This document shows positions 43,747 to 52,275 of a stretch of 64,000 bases of DNA, piece by piece; the first letter of the stretch is position 1, and every line of letters starts with the position of its first letter. The notes beneath the pieces are model-generated. The model worked only from the letters and a program-made list of their open reading frames with translations. It did no database searches and was not told the origin of the DNA. Both the position numbers and the translations under genes were made by a program. Source of the DNA: an uncultured Armatimonadia bacterium (GTDB lineage Bacteria > Armatimonadota > Zipacnadia > Zipacnadales > UBA5352); assembly GCA_964617715.1 (NCBI GenBank), contig CAZTZN010000004.1:5639-69638 (forward strand). Direction: 5' to 3'.

Positions 43747-45180
43747 CTACAGATCGTAGTAGAGCACGTACTCGTGTGGATGAGGCCGCAGGTTGACCTG
43801 TGCGACCTCGTCGCGCTTGAGCGCTATCCACTCCTCGATGAGGTCGGCCGAGAACACGCCCCCCTCGAGCAGGAAGTCATGGTCGGCCTCGAGTGCGTCG
43901 AGCGCATCCGCCAGCGAAGTGGGGAGCTGGGTGATACGCGCCCGCTGCTCGGGGGCCATCTGTGTGATGTCCTCGTCGAAGGGCCCGAAGCCGTGTTCGG
44001 CGGGGTTAATGGCGCGTTTGACGCCGTCGAGGCCTGCCATGGTCATTGCCGCGAGGCTCAGGTAGGGGTTGCAGGTAGCGTCGGGCGGGCGGAACTCGAT
44101 GCGATTCTCACGCTCGTTGACCGCGTAGGCGGGGACACGGATGGCGGCGGTGCGGTTGGACAGGCCGAAGAACGCGCTGATGGGCGCTTCGTATCCCGGC
44201 ACCAGCCGGCGGTAGGAGTTGGTGCTCGGACTGGTGAGCGCCAGCAGCGCCGCGGCGTGCGTGAGCAATCCGCCGATCCAGTGCAGCGCCATCTCGCTCA
44301 GGTTCGCGTAGGCGCCGTCGGGGTCCCAGAACAGCGACCTGCCGTCATCGGTCACGTACTGATGCACGTGCATGCCGTTGCCGGCCTCGCCGAACATGGG
44401 CTTGGGCATGAAGGTCGCCGACATGCCCGCACGGTCGGCGATGTTGCTGATAAGATACTTCATCTCCATGACCGCATCGGCCATCTTCAGCAGCGGCCCG
44501 AAGCCCACCTCGACCTCCACCTGCCCCGGCGCCCCGACCTCGTGGTGATGGTAGTGCACCGGCACGCCCGCGGCCTCGATGGCCAGGAGCATCTCGGTGC
44601 GCAGGTCGTTCAACCGGTCACGCGGGGGCGCCGCGTGGTAGCCCCCGTGCGTGTCAATGGTGTGGCCCAGGCGCGGCTCGCCCTCTGCGGGCGTGTGCCA
44701 TGAAGCCTCTGTCGAGTCCACCTCGAAACCCGCGGCGCTGATCTCCGACCGATATGCCGCGCTTGAGAATACGTAGAACTCCATCTCGGGCGAGAACACC
44801 GGGTAGCCGGAGGTAACGACCTCCGAGAAGTACTTCTCGGCTCGCCGCGCGACCCCCCGTGGATCGCGCACGTAGGCCTGCCCGTCGGTCGGCTCGACGA
44901 TATCGCAGATGAAGCTGAGGGTCGTCGCCCGACAGAAGGGATCGAGCATCCCGGTGCTCAGGTCGGGAACGACCCGCATGTCCCCGGCCTCGACGCTCTT
45001 GTAGCCGACATAGCTGGAAGTGTCCACCCCGCTGCCACGTAGCAACGCTTCCTCGGTGAGGTGGCTGGCCGGAAGCGTCACGTGACGGCGTCGCCCCAGC
45101 AGATCAACGGTCTTCAGGTCCACCATCTGGACCGCTTCAGAGACCACGAATTCGAGTGCTTCACTGGCGTCTGCGAACAT
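43747..45180 (-). CDS. glnA: Glutamine synthetase type I (GSI-alpha-like; no adenylylation motif seen), 477 aa
   Basis: ATG at 45180 with GGGAGAGGG 8 nt upstream; the track ORF begins 15 codons earlier. Conserved GS blocks GPLLKMADAVMEMKYLI, KPMFGEAGNGMHVHQ, NSYRRLVPGYEAP, RIEFRPPDATCNPYLS. Confidence 0.9.
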   Translation of the reverse strand: MFADASEALEFVVSEAVQMVDLKTVDLLGRRRHVTLPASHLTEEALLRGSGVDTSSYVGYKSVEAGDMRVVPDLSTGMLDPFCRATTLSFICDIVEPTDGQAYVRDPRGVARRAEKYFSEVVTSGYPVFSPEMEFYVFSSAAYRSEISAAGFEVDSTEASWHTPAEGEPRLGHTIDTHGGYHAAPPRDRLNDLRTEMLLAIEAAGVPVHYHHHEVGAPGQVEVEVGFGPLLKMADAVMEMKYLISNIADRAGMSATFMPKPMFGEAGNGMHVHQYVTDDGRSLFWDPDGAYANLSEMALHWIGGLLTHAAALLALTSPSTNSYRRLVPGYEAPISAFFGLSNRTAAIRVPAYAVNERENRIEFRPPDATCNPYLSLAAMTMAGLDGVKRAINPAEHGFGPFDEDITQMAPEQRARITQLPTSLADALDALEADHDFLLEGGVFSADLIEEWIALKRDEVAQVNLRPHPHEYVLYYDL

Positions 45181-45425
45181 GATCGCGCCCTCTCCCTGAT
45201 GCGCCGGTTGATTTGTGCACGACATGATAGCGCGATTCGGCGTCCGGATTCAACTGTCGGCATAATGTTCACCGCACTCCTGCGGGCACCCGGGCCGTAT
45301 CCGCAGGTTTGCTCAGACGGCCTGCGCGATTGCCGATGATGTACTGGAGATGCCTGGCAAGCACAGGATGCGCGCCCCCCGGAAACCGCGGGGGAGTGGG
45401 GAGTGAGTGAACCCAACGAGCGCCG

Positions 45426-45665
45426 GTGGCGGAGGACAGCACGGCGTCACGTATTGCAGTCGCGCGACTGCCCGAACGCAGCGGCCGCCTGGTCACGGTC
45501 GCCGAGGACGGCTTGCGGCCGATGGCGCTGGCCACGCCGGAGGTGGACGTGGCGCTGATCGACCGGCTGATGCCCGGCACCGACGACTACGTCGCCGGGC
45601 CCGTCGTGGACCACCGCGGGCTGGTCGAGCGCGTCGCCTCCCTGCTCGTGCGAAGGGTCGCGTGA
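45426..45665 (+). pseudogene. Degenerate response-regulator receiver-domain remnant (about 80 codons, no proper start; ORF track begins at GTG)
   Basis: ...RLVTVAEDGLRPMALATPEVDVALIDRLMPGTDDYVAG matches REC beta2-alpha2-beta3 (GYxVxxAxDGxxAL...PDLVLLDLMLPGMDG). It lacks the N-terminal DD pocket and the T/K segments. It is bounded by a stop 5 codons upstream of the GTG and a stop at 45663-45665. Confidence 0.3.
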
Positions 45666-45753
45666 GGGCGCAGGCCAACTCGGCGGTAGCGGCGAATACA
45701 TCGGCCACGAGGTGCGCCCCATCTCCGGCATCCGCCGCCGAGGAGGCAGCACG

Positions 45754-48700
45754 ATGAACGTCAGCGTCCCTCTGATCCTGTGCGCACTGCTGCTGTGCGC
45801 CCCGCTCGTCGGCGCTCAGACGCGCGAGTGGTGGAATCCCGGCTGGAGTTACCGGACCACCGTTGCGCGGCCGACGCCCTTCCGCGATGACGCGCCGCGC
45901 GCGGTCGCGGCGGCCATCGACTTCCCGCTGCTGCTGCAGCGCGCCGGTGTCGCCGGGGAGTTCGACCCGGCCTCAGTGCGCGTGGTCGATCCGGCCACGG
46001 GGACCCAGGTGCCCTGCGCGCTGCGCACTGAGTGGGACCCGTGCAGCCATCGCGAGGTGGACTACCTGGCGTGGTGGGCGCGTCCGCGCGCGGGCGAGAT
46101 CGGCAAGTTTGATGTATACTTCGACACCGCCGACCGCGCCGTCGCGCCCGCCGAGTACCGCGCCGACGAGCTGCCGCCTGAGGAGCTGCTCGCCAACCCC
46201 GGCTTCGAGGACGAGGAGGGCGGCCTGCCCGCGGGTTGGTCGATCTCCGTCCCTGAGCTGGCCTCGTTGGGCCGTTGCGCGCACACCGTAGGTGAGCGCT
46301 CTCTGCGCCTGCACGTGGATGCGCGGACCGACGAGGGACTTCCCCGCGAGGTCGCCATCTCGCAGCGGGTCGATGTACGCGAGTTCGCCGGTCAGGAGGT
46401 GCGCTTTGCCTGCTCGCTGTGGCCTGAGCGCGGCAAGTTCGGGACGCCCATGACCGTCGAGCTGGTGCAGCTTCGCGCCGACGGCTCGCGTATCCCTGAG
46501 TTCGCGATCCAACCGCGCTGGCTGACCGTCGAGATGGCCGAGGGGCAGCTCGTCGAGTTCGCCGAGCACGGACGCATCAACCCCGAGGCCGCCACCATCG
46601 AGGTCATCATACGCCTGCGCCTCTACGCCCGGGCGGCGTTCGATGGCACCGCGCCCACCGATGACGAGCGCGAGTACACCGTCTGGCTCGACCGTGTGAG
46701 CCTGCGCCCGGGCGAGCGCTGGCCGTGGCCGGAGGCGGCGCACGAGTGCTTCGCTGAGGGTGCTCTGACCGACGCTCCCGTCAACCGGGCCATCGACTTC
46801 ACCGGCGATCGTATGCTGATGTTCACCGGCGCTTCCGAGGGCACTCTGACCGGCGGGCGCTACAACCCGAACCTGCGCTCCGTCCACTGGGGCCCCACCG
46901 CCGGAACGCTGGAGATGTGGGTAAGGCCCCACTGGTCCTCGGGCGATGACGGGGTGCACACGCTCTTCTACGCGAAGGCGTACATGCACCGGCTGCAGTC
47001 GCGGCTGCGTGTACTTGGCGGCGACAATGCCGCGCTGGAGTTCACCATCTCCGATGCCGCCCGGCAGAACCACACGGTCCGCGGGCCGGTGACGCTGGAG
47101 GCGGAACGCTGGCACCACGTGGCCGTCACCTGGGATCTGCCGCGCGCGCACCTGCAGCTCTTCCTCGATGGCGCGCTCATCGCCACCGAGGGACCGGGCG
47201 CCGATCCCTGGCCGTGTACCGACGACCCCAACGACCCCGACATCGAACTCGGCCAGGGCACCAGCCCGGACGATCGGCGCTCTATCCCCATGCAGGCCAC
47301 CATCGGGGCGGGGGCGTCCGGCTCGTACACCGCCGACGCGGTGATCGACGAGGTGCGCATCTCCGACGTGGTGCGCTACACCGGCGCCTTCGAGCCGCCG
47401 GTGACCGAATTCGCCGTCGATGACGCCACCCGCGCGCTCTTCCACTTCGACCACGAGAAGCACGGCACGCACGCCGGCGACGACCGCTTCGTCGAGGGGT
47501 TCTTCGTATGCGAGGAGCAGCCGCGGGAGGAAGCGGTCCCGTTCGCCGTCAACCGGGGCGGCGGGGTGCAGGAGCGTATGCTCGTCGTCGCGCCCCACGC
47601 CTCCGAGCAGTTGTGGGAGCGCAACCGGGTGCACACCAGGCTTCCGGTCGTGCGCCCCGAGCGCGAGCTGCCCGATCCGCGCTTCGTCGAGCTGCGCCGG
47701 CGCTCGATCATGCGCACCGTCACCGGAGACGCCGAGCCGCTGTCGGTTGAAGTCGGCGGCGATTTTGTCCCGCTGATGCTCTCGTCGAGCTTCCGCCGCG
47801 CTGATGAGGCGGGCGAGGCGACCACCTTGATCCCGCGCTGGCGAGCGGGCGACGCGGTAGTGCCCTTCAGCTTCGAGGACCTGCAGGCCACGCTCGCGCC
47901 CGGCGCCGAGACCGACGCTGCGCGCGCGCTGGAGATCTTCCGCTACGCGCTGGAGACCACCAACTACTACGATGCGCGCTACTGCGAGAGCGTCGGAGCC
48001 ACGCAGCGCAACCGGGTGTCATACACACTGATCCGCGCGCTCAACATCTACCCCTTCGACCAGTGCGGGCCGCTCAATCACATGCTGCGCTACCTGCTCA
48101 TCGCCGGCGGTATCTCCAGCAACAACGCGCCCGGCACCCACCATCAGTTCGAGCAGGCTCACTTCGACGGCAGCCTGCGTCTGCTTGACCTCTCACCACG
48201 CCAGTACTGGCTCGACCGCGACAATCAGACCGTCATCAGCCTGCGCCGCATGACCGAGGACCCGTGGCTGAAGATCCGTCAGGGCGGCGACATCAACGCC
48301 TGGATGCCCGGCATCCGCAGCTCCGCCACCTTCGGGAGCGTGGCCAAGCATCATCGCATCGACGTCCCCCTCCGTCCCGGCGAACGCATCAGCTTTGGCT
48401 GGCACAACGAGGGCCGCTGGATGGAGCTGGGCGCCGAACGCAGGCCGGTCCATCCTGCGCGCATCCCACCCTTCTACGGCAACGGCGCGCTCATCTGGGA
48501 GCCCACCGACACCGCCGGTGAGGCCGCGACGCTCGACAACCTCGCGCTCGACGATGGCGTCCTGCGCCCGATCGACGCGCAGGCTCCGGCGACGCTCATC
48601 TACCGCGTACGCCTGCCCTATGTCATCTCGGCGGCACGGTTGCTCGGGCAGCTATCCGGTGCGGCCACGGTCGCGGTCTCCTGGGACGATGGTGCGACCT

Positions 48701-49833
48701 GGACTGAGGTGGCGCAGGCGGCGGACGCGCTGGATGTCGATCTGTCCGCCCCGGTGATGAACCGCTACAACTACCGGTTGCGCATGGAGCTGGCGCCGGG
48801 CGCCTCGCTCGCGGGGGTGCGGGTACGCACGGTCTTCTGCGTCTCGCCGCTGTCGCTGCCGGGCACGCTGGACCTCGGCCAGAATGACCTCAGCTTCGTC
48901 GCCGGGCCGGTCACCGAGCCGGTCGTGGCGGAGCTGGCGTGGCTGGAGCGCTACCGCAGCGACCTCGGGGTCTCGCTCAACGCGCTGGGCTTCTACCTCA
49001 TGGACGACGAGAACCGTCGCGACCTGTATGTCACGCGTCCGGGCGAGGCCTTGCCCGTCGAGGTCACGGTTGAGGGCCGAGCCTTCGCCGGCGAAGTTGC
49101 ACTTGAGGGCCTGCCCGCCGGCTGGGTCGCCGAGCCCGCGGCGCCGCTGCGTACCGACGGCGCGCCGACCAGCGTCGGCTTCACACTGACCCCATCCGGC
49201 CAGGCGGGGGAGATCGTGCCCTTCGAGGTCGTGGTGCGCGAGGGGGAGCGCGAGCGCCGCGTGCCCGCGCAGGTACTGATCGCCGACGCCGCGCTGGTCG
49301 CCGAGGCCGAGGACGTAGACTTCGAGGGCCCGGTCCGGGTGGTTGAGGCGCCCGAGGACAGCGGCGGGCGGCGTGTCGAGCTGGCCGATGACGCCACGCT
49401 GACCTTCGTGGCCGACGCCCGACGAGCCGGAGAGCACGCCCTGTGGGTGCGCATGCTCATCCCCGAGGGTACCAGCACCCGCATGACCCTCACCGTCAAC
49501 GGCGAGGCGCGTGACGTGCGCGTAACCTCCATGATCGGCTTCAGCGACTGGGAGAGCAGGACTCACGCGAACACCAAGCTGTTTGCGCACTACGGTGAGG
49601 CGCGCCGCTTCCCGGCGTGGTACCGCGTGCCCGACCTCGAGCTTCCTGCCGGTGAGAGCACCATCGCCATCACCGCGCACGCCGGCGCGCGCTTCGATGC
49701 CGCGCTGGTGCTGCCGCAGACGTCCGAGGTCGATCGCGCGGCCATGAACCTGCTGATGACCTGGAACTTCGCGCCGTGGCTGCTGCCGATGCAGGACCGC
49801 GGGCAGGAGCCGGCCGGCCGCGCCGCGAAGTGA
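45754..49833 (+). CDS. Giant secreted protein (1359 aa) with an internal LamG-type concanavalin-like domain and C-terminal beta-sandwich/CBM-like regions
   Basis: ATG at 45754 with GGAGG at 45742-46. Signal peptide MNVSVPLILCALLLCAPLVGAQT. LamG block GTLEMWVRPHWSSGDDGVHTLFYA...ERWHHVAVTWDLPRAHLQLFLDG. The 553-aa antisense ORF 45973..47634 is rejected. Confidence 0.75.
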   Translation: MNVSVPLILCALLLCAPLVGAQTREWWNPGWSYRTTVARPTPFRDDAPRAVAAAIDFPLLLQRAGVAGEFDPASVRVVDPATGTQVPCALRTEWDPCSHREVDYLAWWARPRAGEIGKFDVYFDTADRAVAPAEYRADELPPEELLANPGFEDEEGGLPAGWSISVPELASLGRCAHTVGERSLRLHVDARTDEGLPREVAISQRVDVREFAGQEVRFACSLWPERGKFGTPMTVELVQLRADGSRIPEFAIQPRWLTVEMAEGQLVEFAEHGRINPEAATIEVIIRLRLYARAAFDGTAPTDDEREYTVWLDRVSLRPGERWPWPEAAHECFAEGALTDAPVNRAIDFTGDRMLMFTGASEGTLTGGRYNPNLRSVHWGPTAGTLEMWVRPHWSSGDDGVHTLFYAKAYMHRLQSRLRVLGGDNAALEFTISDAARQNHTVRGPVTLEAERWHHVAVTWDLPRAHLQLFLDGALIATEGPGADPWPCTDDPNDPDIELGQGTSPDDRRSIPMQATIGAGASGSYTADAVIDEVRISDVVRYTGAFEPPVTEFAVDDATRALFHFDHEKHGTHAGDDRFVEGFFVCEEQPREEAVPFAVNRGGGVQERMLVVAPHASEQLWERNRVHTRLPVVRPERELPDPRFVELRRRSIMRTVTGDAEPLSVEVGGDFVPLMLSSSFRRADEAGEATTLIPRWRAGDAVVPFSFEDLQATLAPGAETDAARALEIFRYALETTNYYDARYCESVGATQRNRVSYTLIRALNIYPFDQCGPLNHMLRYLLIAGGISSNNAPGTHHQFEQAHFDGSLRLLDLSPRQYWLDRDNQTVISLRRMTEDPWLKIRQGGDINAWMPGIRSSATFGSVAKHHRIDVPLRPGERISFGWHNEGRWMELGAERRPVHPARIPPFYGNGALIWEPTDTAGEAATLDNLALDDGVLRPIDAQAPATLIYRVRLPYVISAARLLGQLSGAATVAVSWDDGATWTEVAQAADALDVDLSAPVMNRYNYRLRMELAPGASLAGVRVRTVFCVSPLSLPGTLDLGQNDLSFVAGPVTEPVVAELAWLERYRSDLGVSLNALGFYLMDDENRRDLYVTRPGEALPVEVTVEGRAFAGEVALEGLPAGWVAEPAAPLRTDGAPTSVGFTLTPSGQAGEIVPFEVVVREGERERRVPAQVLIADAALVAEAEDVDFEGPVRVVEAPEDSGGRRVELADDATLTFVADARRAGEHALWVRMLIPEGTSTRMTLTVNGEARDVRVTSMIGFSDWESRTHANTKLFAHYGEARRFPAWYRVPDLELPAGESTIAITAHAGARFDAALVLPQTSEVDRAAMNLLMTWNFAPWLLPMQDRGQEPAGRAAK

Positions 49834-49999
49834 TTGTCGGCCCGCGAACCGGCTCGTGAGCGTGTGGCACCGACCCTGCAGGCGGGGCGCGTGCTGCGCG
49901 ACTGGTCCGGCGGGAAGTCATTGGCGCATCAAACCCGGGTGCGGGCTCCCTCACCGGCACATGTTGTCAGCACCAACCGGAGACGTGGAGCAGAAGGAC

Positions 50000-50944
50000 A
50001 TGGAGCGACGGGAGTTCATCGCCCGGCTGGTGGCGATGGGGTTGACGGCCGCCGCCGGGATAGCCTTCGCCGAGGACGCTCCCGAGCCCGCGCCCACGCT
50101 GCCGCGCCGCCCGTTCAAGCCCGGCGGGCCCGGGCTGTCCATCATCGGCTTCGGCGGCCTGTTGCTGCGCGGCATGGAGCAACAGCAGGCCGACGACATC
50201 GTGGCGTGGGCCGTCGATCGCGGCGTCAACTACTTCGACGTGGCGCCCACCTACGGCGACTCACAGGACCTGCTCGGGCCCGCGCTCGAGCCGTTCCGGG
50301 ACAACTGCTTCCTCGCCTGCAAGACCACGCAGCGCGAGGCCGCAAGTGCGCGCGAGGAGCTGGAAGGCTCGTTGCGGGCGCTGCGCACCGACCACGTGGA
50401 CCTCTATCAGCTCCACGCGCTCACGAAGATCGAGGACGTCGAGACCGTCTTCGGCCCCGGCGGCGCGATGGAGGCCTTCATCGCTGCGCGCGCTGAGGGC
50501 AAGGTACGCCACATCGGCTTCTCGGCGCACTCCGAGGAGGCGGCGCTGGCGGCCATGGACCGCTTCGACTTCGACAGCGTTCTGTTCCCAATCAACTGTG
50601 TCTGCATCGAGAACGCGAACTTCGGCCCGGCGGTGATCGCCAAGGCGCAGGAGATCGGCACCACGATCCTGGCCATCAAGGGCCTGGCGTGGCGACCCGT
50701 GACCGACGCGCGCGACAGGCCCTATCCGAATTGCTGGTACCGGCCCGTCGAGGCCCCGGACCTCGCGCGTCTGGCGCTGAGCTACACGCTCGACCTGCCC
50801 GTCGCGGCGGCGGTCTCGCCGGCGGCGGCGGAGTTGCTCATACTTGCGGTCGAGGTGGGCCGACGTTACCGTCCGCTTACCGACGACGAGCGCTCCGGCC
50901 TGCTGGCCCGCGTCGAGGGCGTCCCGCCGATCTTCCCGCAGTAG
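50000..50944 (+). CDS. Aldo/keto reductase with a twin-arginine (Tat) signal, 314 aa
   Basis: MERREFIARLVAMGLTAAAGIAFA has an RR motif. AKR blocks GVNYFDVAPTYGDSQDLLG, HVDLYQLH, KVRHIGFSAHS. Confidence 0.8.
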   Translation: MERREFIARLVAMGLTAAAGIAFAEDAPEPAPTLPRRPFKPGGPGLSIIGFGGLLLRGMEQQQADDIVAWAVDRGVNYFDVAPTYGDSQDLLGPALEPFRDNCFLACKTTQREAASAREELEGSLRALRTDHVDLYQLHALTKIEDVETVFGPGGAMEAFIAARAEGKVRHIGFSAHSEEAALAAMDRFDFDSVLFPINCVCIENANFGPAVIAKAQEIGTTILAIKGLAWRPVTDARDRPYPNCWYRPVEAPDLARLALSYTLDLPVAAAVSPAAAELLILAVEVGRRYRPLTDDERSGLLARVEGVPPIFPQ

Positions 50945-51020
50945 CGGGCGCCCTGCGGAGGCTCCTGGCTTCCGGCAGGCGTGACGCGGGCCTTCTCCGG
51001 AACGGAGGGGCAGCCCGAGC

Positions 51021-51041
51021 GACGGACGCGCCGCGTCCGTC
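51021..51041. promoter_or_regulatory. Perfect 21-bp palindrome GACGGACGCG-C-CGCGTCCGTC, about 105 nt upstream of the DUF362 gene
   Basis: 10-bp arms, perfect, seen directly in the sequence. Candidate operator. Confidence 0.35.
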
Positions 51042-51145
51042 CGAGGGCGGGGGAGGTCCGGCTCCCGCAATGTCTGACTCAGGATCAGTCGATGCCACAT
51101 CCCAACCACGGACGGCTCCGGTCGTCCTTCCACGGAGGTCTCACC

Positions 51146-52243
51146 ATGCACGAGGTTCTGTTCGCCTCGGCGCACGTGCCCAGGCTCGAGCGCGATGTAT
51201 CGCTCCCGGCCCGCTTCGAGCGCCTGCTGGAGCGCTGCAACTACGGCGACCGCTTCGAGGGCAAACGCGTCGCCATCAAGATGCACGTCGGGAGCGCCAT
51301 CGGCTTCTACACCATCCACCCGATCTTTGTGCGCACCCTGGTAGATGCGGTGAGGGAAGCCGGAGGCAAGCCCTACCTCACCGACGGCAGCTTCTCCACC
51401 GACGCCGCCACCGCGCGCGGCTACGTCCCGGAGGTCGTGGGCGCGCGCGTGGTCGGGGCGGGCGGCGAGCATGACCGGTACCTGCGCACGGTCACCACCG
51501 AGCTGCCGGAGCTGGGCGACATCGAACTGTGCGGCAACATCGTGGACGCGGACGGGCTGATCGTCTTCAGCCATGGCAAGGGCCACGGCAACTCCGGCTT
51601 CGGTGGCGCCATCAAGAACATCGCCATGGGCTGCGTCAGCTACCCCACACGCGGCAAAATCCACGCGCTCATGCGCGGTCATTTCGAGTGGGACGGCGAA
51701 CTGTGCACCCACTGTGAGCAGTGCATCTCGGGCTGCCCGACCGGCGCGATCAAGTTCGATGACCAGGGCGAGCTGGTCATCTTCGACCACCACTGCCGCT
51801 ACTGTATGCATTGCACCATCTCGTGTCCCGTTGGCGCGATCACCATGGAGGAGCCGATCGAGAAGTTCGAGCTGTTCCAGGCCGGGATGGCGGCTACGTG
51901 CAAGGAGGCGCTCAAGTTCTTCGACCCCGCGGCGGTGCACTACGTCACCGTGCTGACCAACATCACGCCCCTGTGCGACTGCTGGGGGTTCTCGACCCGG
52001 CCACTGGTGCCCGACATCGGCATCATCGCCTGCGACAACATCGTCGCGGTCGAGCAGGCGGCACTGGACATGATCCGCCACGAGGACTACATCCCGGGGA
52101 CCCTGCCCGACCAGTACACCACCATGGGCGACGAGGGGCACCTGTTCCAGCGCATCCATGGCAAGGACCCCTACGAGCAGGTCCGCCAGGCTGAGAAGCT
52201 GGGTCTGGGCAACCCGCAGTACCGCCTCGTTGAGGTGCAGTAG
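51146..52243 (+). CDS. DUF362-family iron-sulfur protein with an inserted 2x[4Fe-4S] ferredoxin domain, 365 aa
   Basis: ATG at 51146 with GGAGG at 51133-37. Blocks VAIKMHVGS, GKPYLTDG, SHGKGHGNSGFGGAIKNIAMG. Ferredoxin insert CTHCEQCISGCPTGAI...CRYCMHCTISCPVGAI. Confidence 0.75.
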   Translation: MHEVLFASAHVPRLERDVSLPARFERLLERCNYGDRFEGKRVAIKMHVGSAIGFYTIHPIFVRTLVDAVREAGGKPYLTDGSFSTDAATARGYVPEVVGARVVGAGGEHDRYLRTVTTELPELGDIELCGNIVDADGLIVFSHGKGHGNSGFGGAIKNIAMGCVSYPTRGKIHALMRGHFEWDGELCTHCEQCISGCPTGAIKFDDQGELVIFDHHCRYCMHCTISCPVGAITMEEPIEKFELFQAGMAATCKEALKFFDPAAVHYVTVLTNITPLCDCWGFSTRPLVPDIGIIACDNIVAVEQAALDMIRHEDYIPGTLPDQYTTMGDEGHLFQRIHGKDPYEQVRQAEKLGLGNPQYRLVEVQ

Positions 52244-52275
52244 CTCCATCACGGCCACGAGGCGCGCGACCGCGG

